A stretch of DNA of 64,000 bases, taken from assembly GCA_030615205.1 (NCBI GenBank), contig JAUWZS010000001.1, positions 209,492-273,491 on the forward strand, written 5' to 3'. Below the pieces are notes generated by a model, which saw only the letters and a list, made by a program, of their open reading frames with translations, was not told the DNA's origin and searched no databases. The DNA comes from Candidatus Aenigmatarchaeota archaeon (GTDB lineage: Archaea > Aenigmatarchaeota > Aenigmatarchaeia > CG10238-14 > SCSR01). The position numbers were made by a program, and so were the translations under genes. Each line of letters begins with the position of its first letter. Positions within the stretch are counted from its first letter, which is position 1. This document shows, piece after piece, positions 9,853 to 19,984 of the stretch.

Positions 9853-9954
9853 TAGAAATAAATCGATTTGTAACACAACTCCTTTATTAGTTGTTAAAAA
9901 TTGTTGGAAATTAACAAAATTCTTAGAATAAGACGCCATTGTTATAATTACACT

Positions 9955-10341
9955 TTAAAACTTAAACGAACTTCTTAATCCATGTATCACAAAAAATTTC
10001 ATTATAACCGCTCGGACAATCTTCTCCTTTTCCCGAACAGGCCCATAGTTGGTTGGGTTGCTTTTCTTGATTTTTTCCAAGAAACCGCATTTTACAAGAT
10101 TGGATAGGCGCTTCCTGAGTGCTTCACTCCCAACCTTTAAACGATTCGAATCCTTCAACTCTTGATAAAGAATAGGGAAACAGTATGGTTGTGTATCAAA
10201 GGGGAAATCTCTGCCAGTTATATAAAACTTTCTTAATATTTGCACATCCCAAAAATCCATCTTCTCAGCCAGGAGCAAGACAGTCTTTTCAAAATCATCT
10301 TTTAACATCGAGGTGTTTTCAACCATCATTAGCGCTTTCAT
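9955..10341 (-). CDS. hypothetical protein, possible wHTH
   Basis: 128-aa ORF with a plausible C-terminal recognition helix and wing (LRKRLSNLVKCGFLEKIKK). No family recognised. Confidence 0.4.
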   Translation of the reverse strand: MKALMMVENTSMLKDDFEKTVLLLAEKMDFWDVQILRKFYITGRDFPFDTQPYCFPILYQELKDSNRLKVGSEALRKRLSNLVKCGFLEKIKKSNPTNYGPVREKEKIVRAVIMKFFVIHGLRSSFKF

Positions 10342-10443
10342 CCAACCACTTAGTTTATTAAATATACCAGTCTACAATATTTTAAAATTGGTAATTAACA
10401 ATTAAGGCGTTGAATATAAAAAATGTTATTGGTAGCACAGACA

Positions 10444-11130
10444 CTATATTAAATTAACTATTTTTGCGGATACGTTTGAGCTAGATATATCTATATCTAT
10501 CACTCCACAATAACCCTCAGGGAACCTACCAGCGTTCACTATTTTAGTGTGGTCTATAGTATCTACACCACGCGCTTCGTGGATATGGGCGCAGATCGCA
10601 ACGTTTGGTTGCAACTCCTCAATAATTTTTCTTACCACTTTGGACCCAACATGGGCACCAGAACTTATTCTGTCCAACTTTGTATTATATGGCGGGTTGT
10701 GTGTGACCTGCACCTTTATTTTAGCGTTTTTAACTCTTTCGTAAGCTTTCCTAAGGCCAGCTTCTAGTTCTTCTTCTTCAGGTTCGAGTGGGGTGCCAAA
10801 GGGCGTTTTTGCGCCACCGAACCCGTAAAATCCAACATCACCTAAAATTTTGCCGCTGCCATGTATACTAATACCCCGCTCTTCTAAGAGAGGAACTATG
10901 TCTTTATCATGATTGCCTGGTATTGCTAGAATTGGTACGTTTAGAGCAATTAATTCCTCTAAAACAACTTTGGACACATCAATCCATGTGAACCCCCTTA
11001 TAGTTATTCCAATATCTATAAAATCCCCCGAGAAAACAATTACATCAGGGCTCAGTGACTTGACCCTATCTAAAAACTGTATAAGATTTTCAATATCGTT
11101 GTGCACATCACCAACAACAATTATTCTCAT
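10444..11130 (-). CDS. calcineurin-like metallophosphoesterase
   Basis: All canonical motifs are present: GDVHND, SGDFID, GNHD, THNPP, AHIHE. Confidence 0.85.
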   Translation of the reverse strand: MRIIVVGDVHNDIENLIQFLDRVKSLSPDVIVFSGDFIDIGITIRGFTWIDVSKVVLEELIALNVPILAIPGNHDKDIVPLLEERGISIHGSGKILGDVGFYGFGGAKTPFGTPLEPEEEELEAGLRKAYERVKNAKIKVQVTHNPPYNTKLDRISSGAHVGSKVVRKIIEELQPNVAICAHIHEARGVDTIDHTKIVNAGRFPEGYCGVIDIDISSSNVSAKIVNLI

Positions 11131-11193
11131 TCAAACTACACCTCTAATATAACATATATCCAACCTTTAATTTTAAAAACCATAGATTTAATT

Positions 11194-11532
11194 ATGACGC
11201 AAGCAAAAAAACGTGGATATAGAGTAGAAAGGAAAATACGCATGATGTTTGAGAAGCACGGTTGGAAAACAATACGTGCAGGCGCGAGCCTTGGAGAAGC
11301 GGATATAGTCTGCATCAAGGTCGGTACGTGCATACTTCTTCAGGTCAAATCAACGAAGAAGAAGAAGTTTTATTACTATGATTATATGAAACCGAGATTA
11401 GAAGGATTTCCGTTTTTTATTGTGGTGGATTTCGGGTATGGAAAAATACGAATAAGTAACCCGAAAAAAACATTGGAACCGACTGAAGGTGTCGATCTGA
11501 ATGTGTTCTTGAGGGACCCAAATCCGCGATGA
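11194..11532 (+). CDS. hjc: Holliday junction resolvase Hjc-like nuclease
   Basis: KRGYRVERKIRMMFEKHGW...RAGASLGEADIVC...LLQVKS matches the archaeal Hjc GxxxE...D...ExK-type fold pattern (QVK in place of ExK). Start moved to the ATG at 11194, because the upstream part of the track ORF overlaps the divergent phosphoesterase gene. Confidence 0.65.
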   Translation: MTQAKKRGYRVERKIRMMFEKHGWKTIRAGASLGEADIVCIKVGTCILLQVKSTKKKKFYYYDYMKPRLEGFPFFIVVDFGYGKIRISNPKKTLEPTEGVDLNVFLRDPNPR

Positions 11533-11609
11533 GAGCACTTAAAAAATGAAAGATTCAGATAAATTTAAACAACTCCACTACTAATGTTTATTTGAGGTGA
11601 AGATTTAAG

Positions 11610-12155
11610 ATGTCGATGTCTGTAAAAGAAATAATGTCTAAACCAGCGGTGACTATCAGTTACAATGAAACAGCTAAAGCCGCAGGTCAAATGATGCGTA
11701 AAAAAAGAATAGGGTTTCTAGTAGTGACAAAAAGAAGCAAGGTAATTGGTATACTATCTGATGCTGATTTAATTAACAAAGTTATTGTTGGAGGGGTCTC
11801 AGCTCAGAAAACGAAAATAAGAGATTTGATGAGCAAACCACTGATAACTATATCCCCAGAGGAAGATGTGCTCGAAGCGGTTAAAAAAATAAAGAAAAAC
11901 AACATTCATAGAATGCCAGTTATTAAGAAAGGAAAGGTTGTCGGCGTAATCTCACTTACAGACATAGCTAGAAGCTCGCCTGAAATGCATTACCTTTTAG
12001 AATACAGGCGAGAGATGAAAAAACACCCGATTGTTATAAAAGAGGAGAGAACATCTGGTATGTGCGATTCTTGTGGTAACTATTCTGGTCATCTTGAAAA
12101 AATAATAGATGGGAGATGGATGTGTGAAACTTGCCGAGATGAGACTGAAGAATGA
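11610..12155 (+). CDS. CBS-domain pair protein with C-terminal zinc ribbon
   Basis: Two CBS repeats (VMSKPAVTI..., LMSKPLITI...HRMPV) and C-terminal CDSCGN...CETC. Confidence 0.8.
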   Translation: MSMSVKEIMSKPAVTISYNETAKAAGQMMRKKRIGFLVVTKRSKVIGILSDADLINKVIVGGVSAQKTKIRDLMSKPLITISPEEDVLEAVKKIKKNNIHRMPVIKKGKVVGVISLTDIARSSPEMHYLLEYRREMKKHPIVIKEERTSGMCDSCGNYSGHLEKIIDGRWMCETCRDETEE

Positions 12156-12952
12156 CGATTAACTTAAAATCTGCGGGATTAGATTATCAACAAAAAGTTA
12201 TAACAATAGCAAGTAAAGACCCAATTTTTTGTAAAGATTCAGATACGATTAATAGTGTTGTTGATAGAATTGTCTCGAGCGGCCATAGAAGAATACCAAT
12301 AGTTTCTAGAAGAGGCGCGATAGTTGGAATTATAACAAAGTCTGATATATTAGACGCATTTCTGAGAAAGGAGAATTTTAGTAACAAAATTTCAGAGATA
12401 ATGACTCGCGATCCAATTCTATGCGGATCAAACGAAACTCTACAATATGCTCTTCAAAAATTCAAGCTATCACGTCGTGGAGGGTTCCCAATAACTGACG
12501 GTAAAAAACTCATCGGTATGTTGAGCGAACGAGATTTTGTAAAGCAGTTTTTAGGCACGGATATTGGTATTAAAGTCGAGGATGTTATGACAAGGAAACC
12601 GCTTATAATACAGTCAAACATATCTGTGTACGATTGTTTGAAAATTATGGTTAATACACGATATCGGAGGTTGCCGGTCGTATCAGATGGGGAACTTGTA
12701 GGAATTGTAACATCTGAGGATTTGTTGAGATACATCTATGATAATAAATACAGATTCGAGGATCTGGATGAGCCATTGGAAAAAGTTATGATCAAAGACG
12801 TATTTACTGTTCAGAAAGCGGATGACATTTCGGTCGCAATAAAAATCATGGAAACAAAAGGCATTGGCGGCTTGCTCGTCGTCGCCGCTGATAAAAAACT
12901 CGAAGGTATAATCACCGAGCGCGACATATTAGAGAAGATTGAAAACATCTAA
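12152..12952 (+). CDS. four-CBS-domain protein
   Basis: Four CBS-like repeats (HRRIPIV, GGFPIT, YRRLPVV, GGLLVV). ATGA start/stop overlap with the previous gene. Confidence 0.8.
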   Translation: MTINLKSAGLDYQQKVITIASKDPIFCKDSDTINSVVDRIVSSGHRRIPIVSRRGAIVGIITKSDILDAFLRKENFSNKISEIMTRDPILCGSNETLQYALQKFKLSRRGGFPITDGKKLIGMLSERDFVKQFLGTDIGIKVEDVMTRKPLIIQSNISVYDCLKIMVNTRYRRLPVVSDGELVGIVTSEDLLRYIYDNKYRFEDLDEPLEKVMIKDVFTVQKADDISVAIKIMETKGIGGLLVVAADKKLEGIITERDILEKIENI

Positions 12953-12987
12953 CAACACGATCATTTATTTATTCAATCTGAACATGT

Positions 12988-13530
12988 TCATGCATCCAAC
13001 AATTTGGCTTCATGAACAACAGTATACATAGGACCAGTTCGATTAAGGACACTTCTTATCAGGTCTATGGAATTCACGACGAATTTTAAATTTTCTTCTA
13101 ATCGGATTTCCTTAACCCCTGTAACGACCTCTTCTTTATTTGAAACGCTTCTAACACGACAAAGAGTGATGTGAGGAGGGTTCATACGACCTCCTATTTT
13201 TTCTTTTATATTTGAAGAGATAGTTTTTAATACTCTGGACGAGTCTAATATTTCTAAAACAATAACACGAATATATTTCTCATTTGGAATAAGTCTAATG
13301 CCACCAACAACTACTTCAAATTTCGGTCGGGCATTGCATATTTCTGATAGAGAGACCTGTATATTTTTTGCTTCACTTTCCTCCACATCACCTAAAAACG
13401 AGAGGCACACATGAATATTATCAGACCCTACCATTTTACAGACCATTGGCAATTTTTCTAGAGCCGACTGTAAACTTACAACGTAGTTCTTGATTCTTTC
13501 AGGCACCCAGAAGCCTATGAAAGCCCTCAT
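12988..13530 (-). CDS. thpR: 2H phosphoesterase (RNA 2',3'-cyclic phosphodiesterase / 2'-5' RNA ligase family)
   Basis: Two Hx[TS/C]x motifs, HVCLSFLG and HITLCRV, at the typical spacing. Confidence 0.7.
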   Translation of the reverse strand: MRAFIGFWVPERIKNYVVSLQSALEKLPMVCKMVGSDNIHVCLSFLGDVEESEAKNIQVSLSEICNARPKFEVVVGGIRLIPNEKYIRVIVLEILDSSRVLKTISSNIKEKIGGRMNPPHITLCRVRSVSNKEEVVTGVKEIRLEENLKFVVNSIDLIRSVLNRTGPMYTVVHEAKLLDA

Positions 13531-13606
13531 TCAAACACCTACCTTTTATTTATTTTTGCAAAGAGTTAAAAATAACAAATGTATAATAAATAGTAGGTGG
13601 TAAGTA

Positions 13607-13870
13607 ATGGTTGAAAGTAGAATACGAGCAGCTGACATAGTAGGGAAAACAATTATAAGCGAAGAGACAGGAAGGAAATTCGGCATAGTGAACAATATAG
13701 ATTTCATAACAGAAAGTGGGGAATTACTGAATCTTGTAGTTGACCAGTCTACAAAGCATTTGAGTGATTTAAACCTGAAGATCGACGACGAAGGAAGAGT
13801 ACAAATTCCATTCAGCGCAGTAAAAAGTATAGGGGACTTTGTGATAGTCAGTGAAAACGAATTGATTTAA
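13607..13870 (+). CDS. PRC-barrel domain protein
   Basis: 87 aa. The pattern G..V....G..lG.V.d...d..tG.l..lvv matches small archaeal PRC-barrel proteins. Confidence 0.55.
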   Translation: MVESRIRAADIVGKTIISEETGRKFGIVNNIDFITESGELLNLVVDQSTKHLSDLNLKIDDEGRVQIPFSAVKSIGDFVIVSENELI

Positions 13871-13920
13871 ATTCTTTGCATTGTTTTATCTACTACTCAC
13901 TGTCTATTCGAATTTAATAT

Positions 13921-14913
13921 TCACATCCAGGTAATCTCAGCTTCATCGGTTTTCCATTTTTGATCAATCCCACTTTTTTCTAAACTTGTTTTCTGCCCAG
14001 ATTTGTAAGCAAGCATACCAGCCCATGCAATCATTGTTCCATTATCACCAGAGTATTTTATGTCAACCACAAAAAGTTTAGCACCTCGTTCTTCGCACAT
14101 GATTCGGAGCATATCTTGCAATCTTTTGTTCGCTGCAACACCACCTACAAGCAAGACTTCATTTTTTCCAGTGTGCGCAAGCGCACGTTCGGTAACTTCA
14201 GTTAACATAGCAAAGCATGTTTCCTGCAAACTATAACAAACATCTTCTGGTCTGGCACCAGCTTTGATATTTTTTATCGCTTCTGTTACTATTCCAGAAA
14301 AACTCAGATCCATACCTTTTACACTATAAGGAAGTTCAATATACTTTCCATTAACAGCCCGTTTTTCTATTTCCGGTCCGCCAGGGGATTTCAAATCCAA
14401 CTCACGAGCAACTGTATCAAACACGTTTCCAACCGCTATGTCCTGGGTCTCCCCAAATATTCTGTAACGGCCTTCAGCAAAAGAAATTACTTGCGTGTTT
14501 CCCCCGGACAGGTAAAGAACAACCGGGTCTTTCGAGCCTGCCGTAAGCCTGCCTATTTCTATATGTGCCACTGGATGATTAACAGCAACCAAATCTATAT
14601 TGTTTGAGGTCGAGAGATATCTAGCGATTGAAGCGCCAACATGCAAACATGGCGGCAGACCAGGGCCTTGTGAAAATGCGATCAGTTTTACATTACTTGG
14701 ATTTATTTTAGCATGCTGTAGTGCAGATTTTATAACCACTGATGCATTCTTTGTATGATGTTCACTCGCATCTCTAGGCAGAATACCCTTACCTTTCTCA
14801 GGTCTATACATCATGCGTTCATCTGCAAGAATATTACCATTTTCATCAACGATTCCAACACCGAAAGTGTGGGCAGTAGATTCTATACCCAAACAGATTA
14901 ATTCGTTGTCCAT
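13921..14913 (-). CDS. kae1: tRNA N6-adenosine threonylcarbamoyltransferase Kae1
   Basis: LGIESTAHTFGVGIV N-terminus, metal-binding NHPVAHIE, and SGDNG near the C-terminus. Confidence 0.9.
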   Translation of the reverse strand: MDNELICLGIESTAHTFGVGIVDENGNILADERMMYRPEKGKGILPRDASEHHTKNASVVIKSALQHAKINPSNVKLIAFSQGPGLPPCLHVGASIARYLSTSNNIDLVAVNHPVAHIEIGRLTAGSKDPVVLYLSGGNTQVISFAEGRYRIFGETQDIAVGNVFDTVARELDLKSPGGPEIEKRAVNGKYIELPYSVKGMDLSFSGIVTEAIKNIKAGARPEDVCYSLQETCFAMLTEVTERALAHTGKNEVLLVGGVAANKRLQDMLRIMCEERGAKLFVVDIKYSGDNGTMIAWAGMLAYKSGQKTSLEKSGIDQKWKTDEAEITWM

Positions 14914-15036
14914 GGCTTCATCATCTCATCGGAACTGTCCATAAATAACTTCTTTGAGTTAAAAAACAATAAATAGTTTCACAAGCTTTAATTGACATAG
15001 GTTTATTGGTATAGGTTTTAATCGAAGTAGATTCTT

Positions 15037-17229
15037 ATGCACATTTCAGAACTATCAAAGTACAAAATCCCAAAGCAATTTATCGAAAAATTCAAAGAAG
15101 AAAAAATAGGTAAACTGTACCCACCGCAAGAAGATGCAATAAAATGTGGCTTATTCGAAAGCAAAAACATAGTGCTTTCCGTTCCTACTGCAGCCGGTAA
15201 GACATTTACAGCAACATTAGCAACGATTAATAAATTATCCAACTTCCCAGTTAAGGTCGTGTACATAGTTCCACTTGTTGCTCTTGCAAATGAAAAATAT
15301 AATTATTACAAAAAACTTTTTGGCGATAAATGGCGAGTCGCAATTTCAGTTGGCAATTTCGACTCCGGAGACCAATGGCTTGCAAAATACGATTTCATAG
15401 TTTGCACTACAGAAAAGCTGGATTCTCTGATTAGACATGGTGCAGGTTGGATCAACGAAATTGGATTAATAATAGTGGATGAGGTTCACATGCTAAATGA
15501 TATTTCACGCGGTCCGACTCTCGAGGTTTTGATAACACGATTAAAAGAAATTGTCCCACATGCTCAGATTCTAGCGCTATCAGCAACTATAAACAACTCG
15601 GATGAGCTCGCTGATTGGTTGGGCGCTGAGCTTGTCGTAAGCGATTTTCGGCCAGTAAAACTTTATGAAGGAGTTTCATTCGGAGACAAAATCCATTTTT
15701 TGGATAAAGAAGATTATGGTATAAACGGAGTAGAGCAAGAGAATTCTATTCTTGAAAATACATTGAAGTTGAGAAAGCAGGCTTTATTTTTCGTATCGTC
15801 AAGGCGAAATGCAGAAGGCCTTGCGGAAAAACTAATGAAAACAACTCGTCAAAAATTGACTAAAATTGAGCGCGAAGAATTAGCTAAACTATCTCAGAAT
15901 ACATTGAACGTTTTAGAAGTACCTACGAGACAGTGTAAAAAACTTGCGAACTGCATTAAATACGGCTCTGCCTTTCATCACGCAGGACTTCTCAGAAAAC
16001 AGAAACAGCTTATAGAAGAAGGTTTTCGGAAAGGCTTGATAAAATCTATATCTGCTACACCCACGCTCGCAATGGGCGTAAATCTCCCAGCATTTCGCGT
16101 GGTCATACGGGACTCGAAAAGATATTACCGAGGCATAGGAGCGTCGTATATACCGGTTCTAGAATATAAACAATTTGTCGGCCGCGCTGGCAGACCTCAG
16201 TATGACAAATTTGGCGAATCAATATTAGTCGCAAAAACAGAGTATGACGCTAGCGAGCTTGTAGACCGTTTTATTATGGGCGAACCTGAAAAAATAAAAT
16301 CAAAGCTAGCAGTCGAGCCTGTTCTTCGTATGCATACACTCGCACTTATATCAAGTGGGTTTGCAAAAACAGAGCAAGCTTTACTGGATTTTTTCTCAAA
16401 AACTTTTTACGCATATCAGTACGGCGAGATTTCAATAATCGAAAGTAAACTTTTAGAAATTTTGGATTCTCTTAAAAACTGGAAATTTATTTCTGAAAAT
16501 CCCGGGAAGCTACAACCTACGAGAATAGGCAGACGTGTCACTGAGCTCTATTTAGATCCGCTCACTGCACACGACTTCATACAATCGCTCAAACCACATA
16601 AATCAAGAATATACCCGTTCGGTATAACCCAACTCATATCCAATACAATTGAAATGTCACCACTACTTTCTATAAGGTCAGGTGATTTTTCAGAGTTGGA
16701 TAACTTAATTGCAGAACGAGAACATATGTTTCTGCAGCATATACCGCAGCAATGGGATATCGCGTTTGATCGTTTTCTGCAAAGCGTTAAAACAGCAATG
16801 TTCTTCGAGGCTTGGATCAATGAAAAAACAGAGGATCAGATATTAAGCAAGTTCAGAGTTGCACCAGGTGAATTGCGAGGTAGGTTGCATATAGCAGACT
16901 GGCTGATTTATTCTTTACAAGAACTTGCGCTGCTTCTTGGAGCAAAAGAAATATTGAAACACATACGGAAAGCCAGAGCGAGACTAAAATATGGTGTTCG
17001 GGAAGATTTAATACCTCTAGTAAGATTGAAATCCATTGGCCGTATCAGAGCGCGAAAACTCTATAATGCAGGACTTAAAAGCATCGCAGACCTACGAAAG
17101 ATTCCTTTACAAAGTCTGTCAAGAGTAATCGGACCAAATATATCTTATGCGATAAAAGAGCAGCTTGGCGAGAAACCAACAAAACCTCGTGCCCATCAAA
17201 CAAAACAATTCAATTTAGAAAAATTCTGA
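15037..17229 (+). CDS. hel308: Ski2-like ATP-dependent DNA helicase Hel308
   Basis: Walker A PTAAGKT, DEVH box, SAT motif, and a C-terminal HhH-like domain (RIRARKLYNAGLKSIADL). Confidence 0.9.
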   Translation: MHISELSKYKIPKQFIEKFKEEKIGKLYPPQEDAIKCGLFESKNIVLSVPTAAGKTFTATLATINKLSNFPVKVVYIVPLVALANEKYNYYKKLFGDKWRVAISVGNFDSGDQWLAKYDFIVCTTEKLDSLIRHGAGWINEIGLIIVDEVHMLNDISRGPTLEVLITRLKEIVPHAQILALSATINNSDELADWLGAELVVSDFRPVKLYEGVSFGDKIHFLDKEDYGINGVEQENSILENTLKLRKQALFFVSSRRNAEGLAEKLMKTTRQKLTKIEREELAKLSQNTLNVLEVPTRQCKKLANCIKYGSAFHHAGLLRKQKQLIEEGFRKGLIKSISATPTLAMGVNLPAFRVVIRDSKRYYRGIGASYIPVLEYKQFVGRAGRPQYDKFGESILVAKTEYDASELVDRFIMGEPEKIKSKLAVEPVLRMHTLALISSGFAKTEQALLDFFSKTFYAYQYGEISIIESKLLEILDSLKNWKFISENPGKLQPTRIGRRVTELYLDPLTAHDFIQSLKPHKSRIYPFGITQLISNTIEMSPLLSIRSGDFSELDNLIAEREHMFLQHIPQQWDIAFDRFLQSVKTAMFFEAWINEKTEDQILSKFRVAPGELRGRLHIADWLIYSLQELALLLGAKEILKHIRKARARLKYGVREDLIPLVRLKSIGRIRARKLYNAGLKSIADLRKIPLQSLSRVIGPNISYAIKEQLGEKPTKPRAHQTKQFNLEKF

Positions 17230-17239
17230 CCGTTGTGGA

Positions 17240-17335
17240 TGGGATTGTTGGGATTTGAACCCAAGTCTTAGCCTCCCGAAGGCTAGATCCTTTTGGCGGT
17301 GCATTTGCACCTAGACCAAACTAGACGACAACCCC
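17240..17335 (-). tRNA. tRNA-Pro(CGG) with a ~23-nt non-canonical intron in the D-arm/position-26 region
   Basis: Hand fold: acceptor GGGGUUG/CAAUCCC, anticodon arm UAGCC-UUCGGGA-GGCUA, T arm UUGGG-UUCAAAU-CCCAA. There are 43 nt between the acceptor and the anticodon stem, against ~19 expected, and they include the hairpin GGUGCA-AA-UGCACC. Confidence 0.65.
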
Positions 17336-17353
17336 AAATATAAAGTTTAACTA

Positions 17354-17965
17354 TTATTTCACTTCTAAAGTTATTTTTACTTCTGTTTTCGGGTCTTTTA
17401 GACTTTCTTTCATAGATTTGCTAAATTCATTTGCTGATTTATCTGCTAGTATGGCTACGGTTTTTCCATCAATAAAATCCGATTTTCTAATAACAAGTTC
17501 ATTTGCATCAGTAAGTTTGAGTGCAGGCGAACCGTATGCAATTATATTCTCAACTATGTCACCAGCTTCTATTGTTATTTCCATCTTAGTCGCACTTTTC
17601 GCTGCTGTCTTTAAAGCATCACTCAAGTCCTTGCACGCTTTATCTGCACGTACGGCAATTACACTATCCTCGCCCTTCGGATTTTTATTTCTTGTAATCT
17701 CAAAGCAACTCTCATCTCTAGCAAGGATATTTTCATGCCCGTATGCAGTTATTACTGCCTGTCCTGATACTTTACCACGCAATAGTTTCCATCCTTTTTC
17801 TGTTGGCACGTATGCACCACCCTCCATATGGTGTATCAATCCTTTCGATTCTAGGGTTGTGAAAACTGAGTGTACCATATCCGGGGTTATTTCAGGTTCA
17901 GCTCCGGTCGGGGTTTCTGGCCTTTGGTCTTCTTTCACATCTTCCATAATTCCACCTATGTACAC
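17354..17965 (-). CDS. DUF371-like protein
   Basis: ITAYGHENILARDESCFEITRN...SVIAVRADKA resembles the archaeal DUF371 signature. Identified from memory, not searched. Confidence 0.45.
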   Translation of the reverse strand: MYIGGIMEDVKEDQRPETPTGAEPEITPDMVHSVFTTLESKGLIHHMEGGAYVPTEKGWKLLRGKVSGQAVITAYGHENILARDESCFEITRNKNPKGEDSVIAVRADKACKDLSDALKTAAKSATKMEITIEAGDIVENIIAYGSPALKLTDANELVIRKSDFIDGKTVAILADKSANEFSKSMKESLKDPKTEVKITLEVK

Positions 17966-18010
17966 CTACTATCCTTACATTTAAAGTTTTACTTGTATAA
18001 ATAAAAAACT

Positions 18011-19039
18011 ATGAAAGCATCGATCGTAACAACAGTTATTGGCTGTTTTGGTGTGAGCGAAGACAATAATATTATTGCCTATATTAAATTCCAGAAGGAC
18101 CCACAAATAATTGCAGAAAAGATTCAAGCATCTGAAACGGAAAAAATTCCTGAAGAGCGCGAGATCGAGGACAAACTCAAGAAAAAAGGATTTACAGAGA
18201 TAAAGAAAACCAGTAACGAATTCATAAGAACCAATCTCAGAGCGTTGGCCATAGAGAAAAAATTTGTCAAGAGCCAAGCAGAACTAAACAAGCTGATTAG
18301 TAAAGTCAACATAGAATTAACGAAAATAAAAATAAAGAAAGCAGTTGGTAGAGATGCGCTAATAATGCAAGTAAGCGGCGCAATCGAGGAGCTTGACAAG
18401 TCTATAAACATCCTTGTCGAACGCTTGCGTGAATGGTATGGTCTTCATTTCCCAGAAATGGACAGAATTATAGAAAAGCATGAGAAATTTGCAGAGATAA
18501 TAGAAAAGTTTGGGTCCAGGGAGGCAATAGAGCATCCAGAACTTTCACAATTTAGAGAAAAGAGCATGGGTATTGATTTAAACAAAGCGGACGTTAAGAT
18601 TGTACAAAACTTTGCGAAAGATGTACTTGAACTTTATAAATTGCGTGAGGAGCTTTCAAAATATTCTGAAGATTTATTAAAAAAAGTCGCGCCGAACCTG
18701 GAAGAACTGGCAGGTCCGATGCTTGCTGCAAAACTCATTTCTCTGGCGGGCGGTCTTGAAAAGCTTGCGCGCATGCCCTCAAGTACAATACAGCTTTTAG
18801 GAGCAGAAAAGGCGTTGTTTAGACATCTTCACGGCAGAGGGAAAAGTCCGAAGCATGGTGTTATTATTGTGCACCAATATATACAGAAATCTCCTTTGGA
18901 ACATAGAGGTAAAATTGCACGGTTGATTTCATCAAAGTTATCGATAGCCGCTAAGATAGATTTTTATTCTAAGACCAACAGAGCAAAAGAAATGAAAAAA
19001 GAGTTAGAAAAAAAGATTAGAGAAATCAAGTCTAAATAG
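18011..19039 (+). CDS. nop5: C/D box sRNP protein Nop5 (Nop56/58)
   Basis: Coiled-coil middle region and a NOP domain containing LREWYGLHFPE and GAEKALFRHL...PKHGVI. Confidence 0.9.
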   Translation: MKASIVTTVIGCFGVSEDNNIIAYIKFQKDPQIIAEKIQASETEKIPEEREIEDKLKKKGFTEIKKTSNEFIRTNLRALAIEKKFVKSQAELNKLISKVNIELTKIKIKKAVGRDALIMQVSGAIEELDKSINILVERLREWYGLHFPEMDRIIEKHEKFAEIIEKFGSREAIEHPELSQFREKSMGIDLNKADVKIVQNFAKDVLELYKLREELSKYSEDLLKKVAPNLEELAGPMLAAKLISLAGGLEKLARMPSSTIQLLGAEKALFRHLHGRGKSPKHGVIIVHQYIQKSPLEHRGKIARLISSKLSIAAKIDFYSKTNRAKEMKKELEKKIREIKSK

Positions 19040-19060
19040 ATCGAGCTTAAATTGAGAACT

Positions 19061-19735
19061 ATGAAAATAAACCCTCATAAAAAATTTGAAGGAATTTTTT
19101 TAGTTAATGGAAAACTAGCGACCGTTAGTTTACGTCCTGGTACAACTGTTTATGGAGAACGACTGGTTAAATCTGGAAAGAAAGAATATAGGATTTGGGA
19201 TTTCTATAGGAGCAAACCAGCAACCGCAATTAAAAAAGGATTGAAAGAGTTCCCTTTAAAAAAAGGGATGTCTGTTCTTTACCTTGGAATTGCTTCTGGC
19301 ACTACGGCGTCCCACTTTTCAGACATAGTTGGTAAAGATGGATTAATTTATGGTGTAGAGATTGCAGAACGTGTGTTGCGTGAACTAATAATACATGCAG
19401 AAAGAAGAGGAAATATCGTGCCAATTTTAGCGGATGCGAGAAAACCAGAAAGCTATGAAAATATTGTTTTTGGTAAAGTGGATTTAATCTACGAAGACGT
19501 TGCAAGTAAGGACCAAATACCGATTCTAATTCGAAACGCCGAGAAATTTTTAAAATCCCGAGGATACGCTCTAATTGCAATAAAAAGCCAATCAATTGAT
19601 GTCACGAAAAAACCGAGGGAAATTTATAAAAAATGTTTGACAGAACTTGAAAAACATTTTGATATTCTAGATAAGGTTGAGCTTGACCCATTTGAGAAAA
19701 TGCACTTGTTTGTTGTGATGAAGCGTAGAAATTAA
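19061..19735 (+). CDS. flpA: fibrillarin-like rRNA/tRNA 2'-O-methyltransferase
   Basis: YRIWDFYRSK, and SAM-binding VLYLGIASGTTASHFSDIV. It lies directly downstream of nop5. The ATG at 19061 is preferred over the TTG at 19052. Confidence 0.9.
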   Translation: MKINPHKKFEGIFLVNGKLATVSLRPGTTVYGERLVKSGKKEYRIWDFYRSKPATAIKKGLKEFPLKKGMSVLYLGIASGTTASHFSDIVGKDGLIYGVEIAERVLRELIIHAERRGNIVPILADARKPESYENIVFGKVDLIYEDVASKDQIPILIRNAEKFLKSRGYALIAIKSQSIDVTKKPREIYKKCLTELEKHFDILDKVELDPFEKMHLFVVMKRRN

Positions 19736-19984
19736 GTGAGTGAATGGGATAAGGACTCTAATTAAATCAGCTTGAATCCTCTGTCGGGTTTATCCTTTCC
19801 CAAATCACCTCCTTTCCAACCCAGAAATTAAAGAAAAGAAAAAAACTATGCTTCGCATAACGCTCTTTTCTGGCCAAGACTGGAACTGCTAGACGCTTGA
19901 ATAAACCTTCCTCTCATAGATGATATCAAACCACTTTTTTCATCAAACCTTATGTCTAATATTTCTAGCACAATATCACCTGTT

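Noticed and set aside
15018-15266. 82-aa minus-strand ORF between kae1 and hel308.
   Set aside because: It overlaps the well-supported 5' end of hel308, including its Walker A coding region, on the opposite strand.
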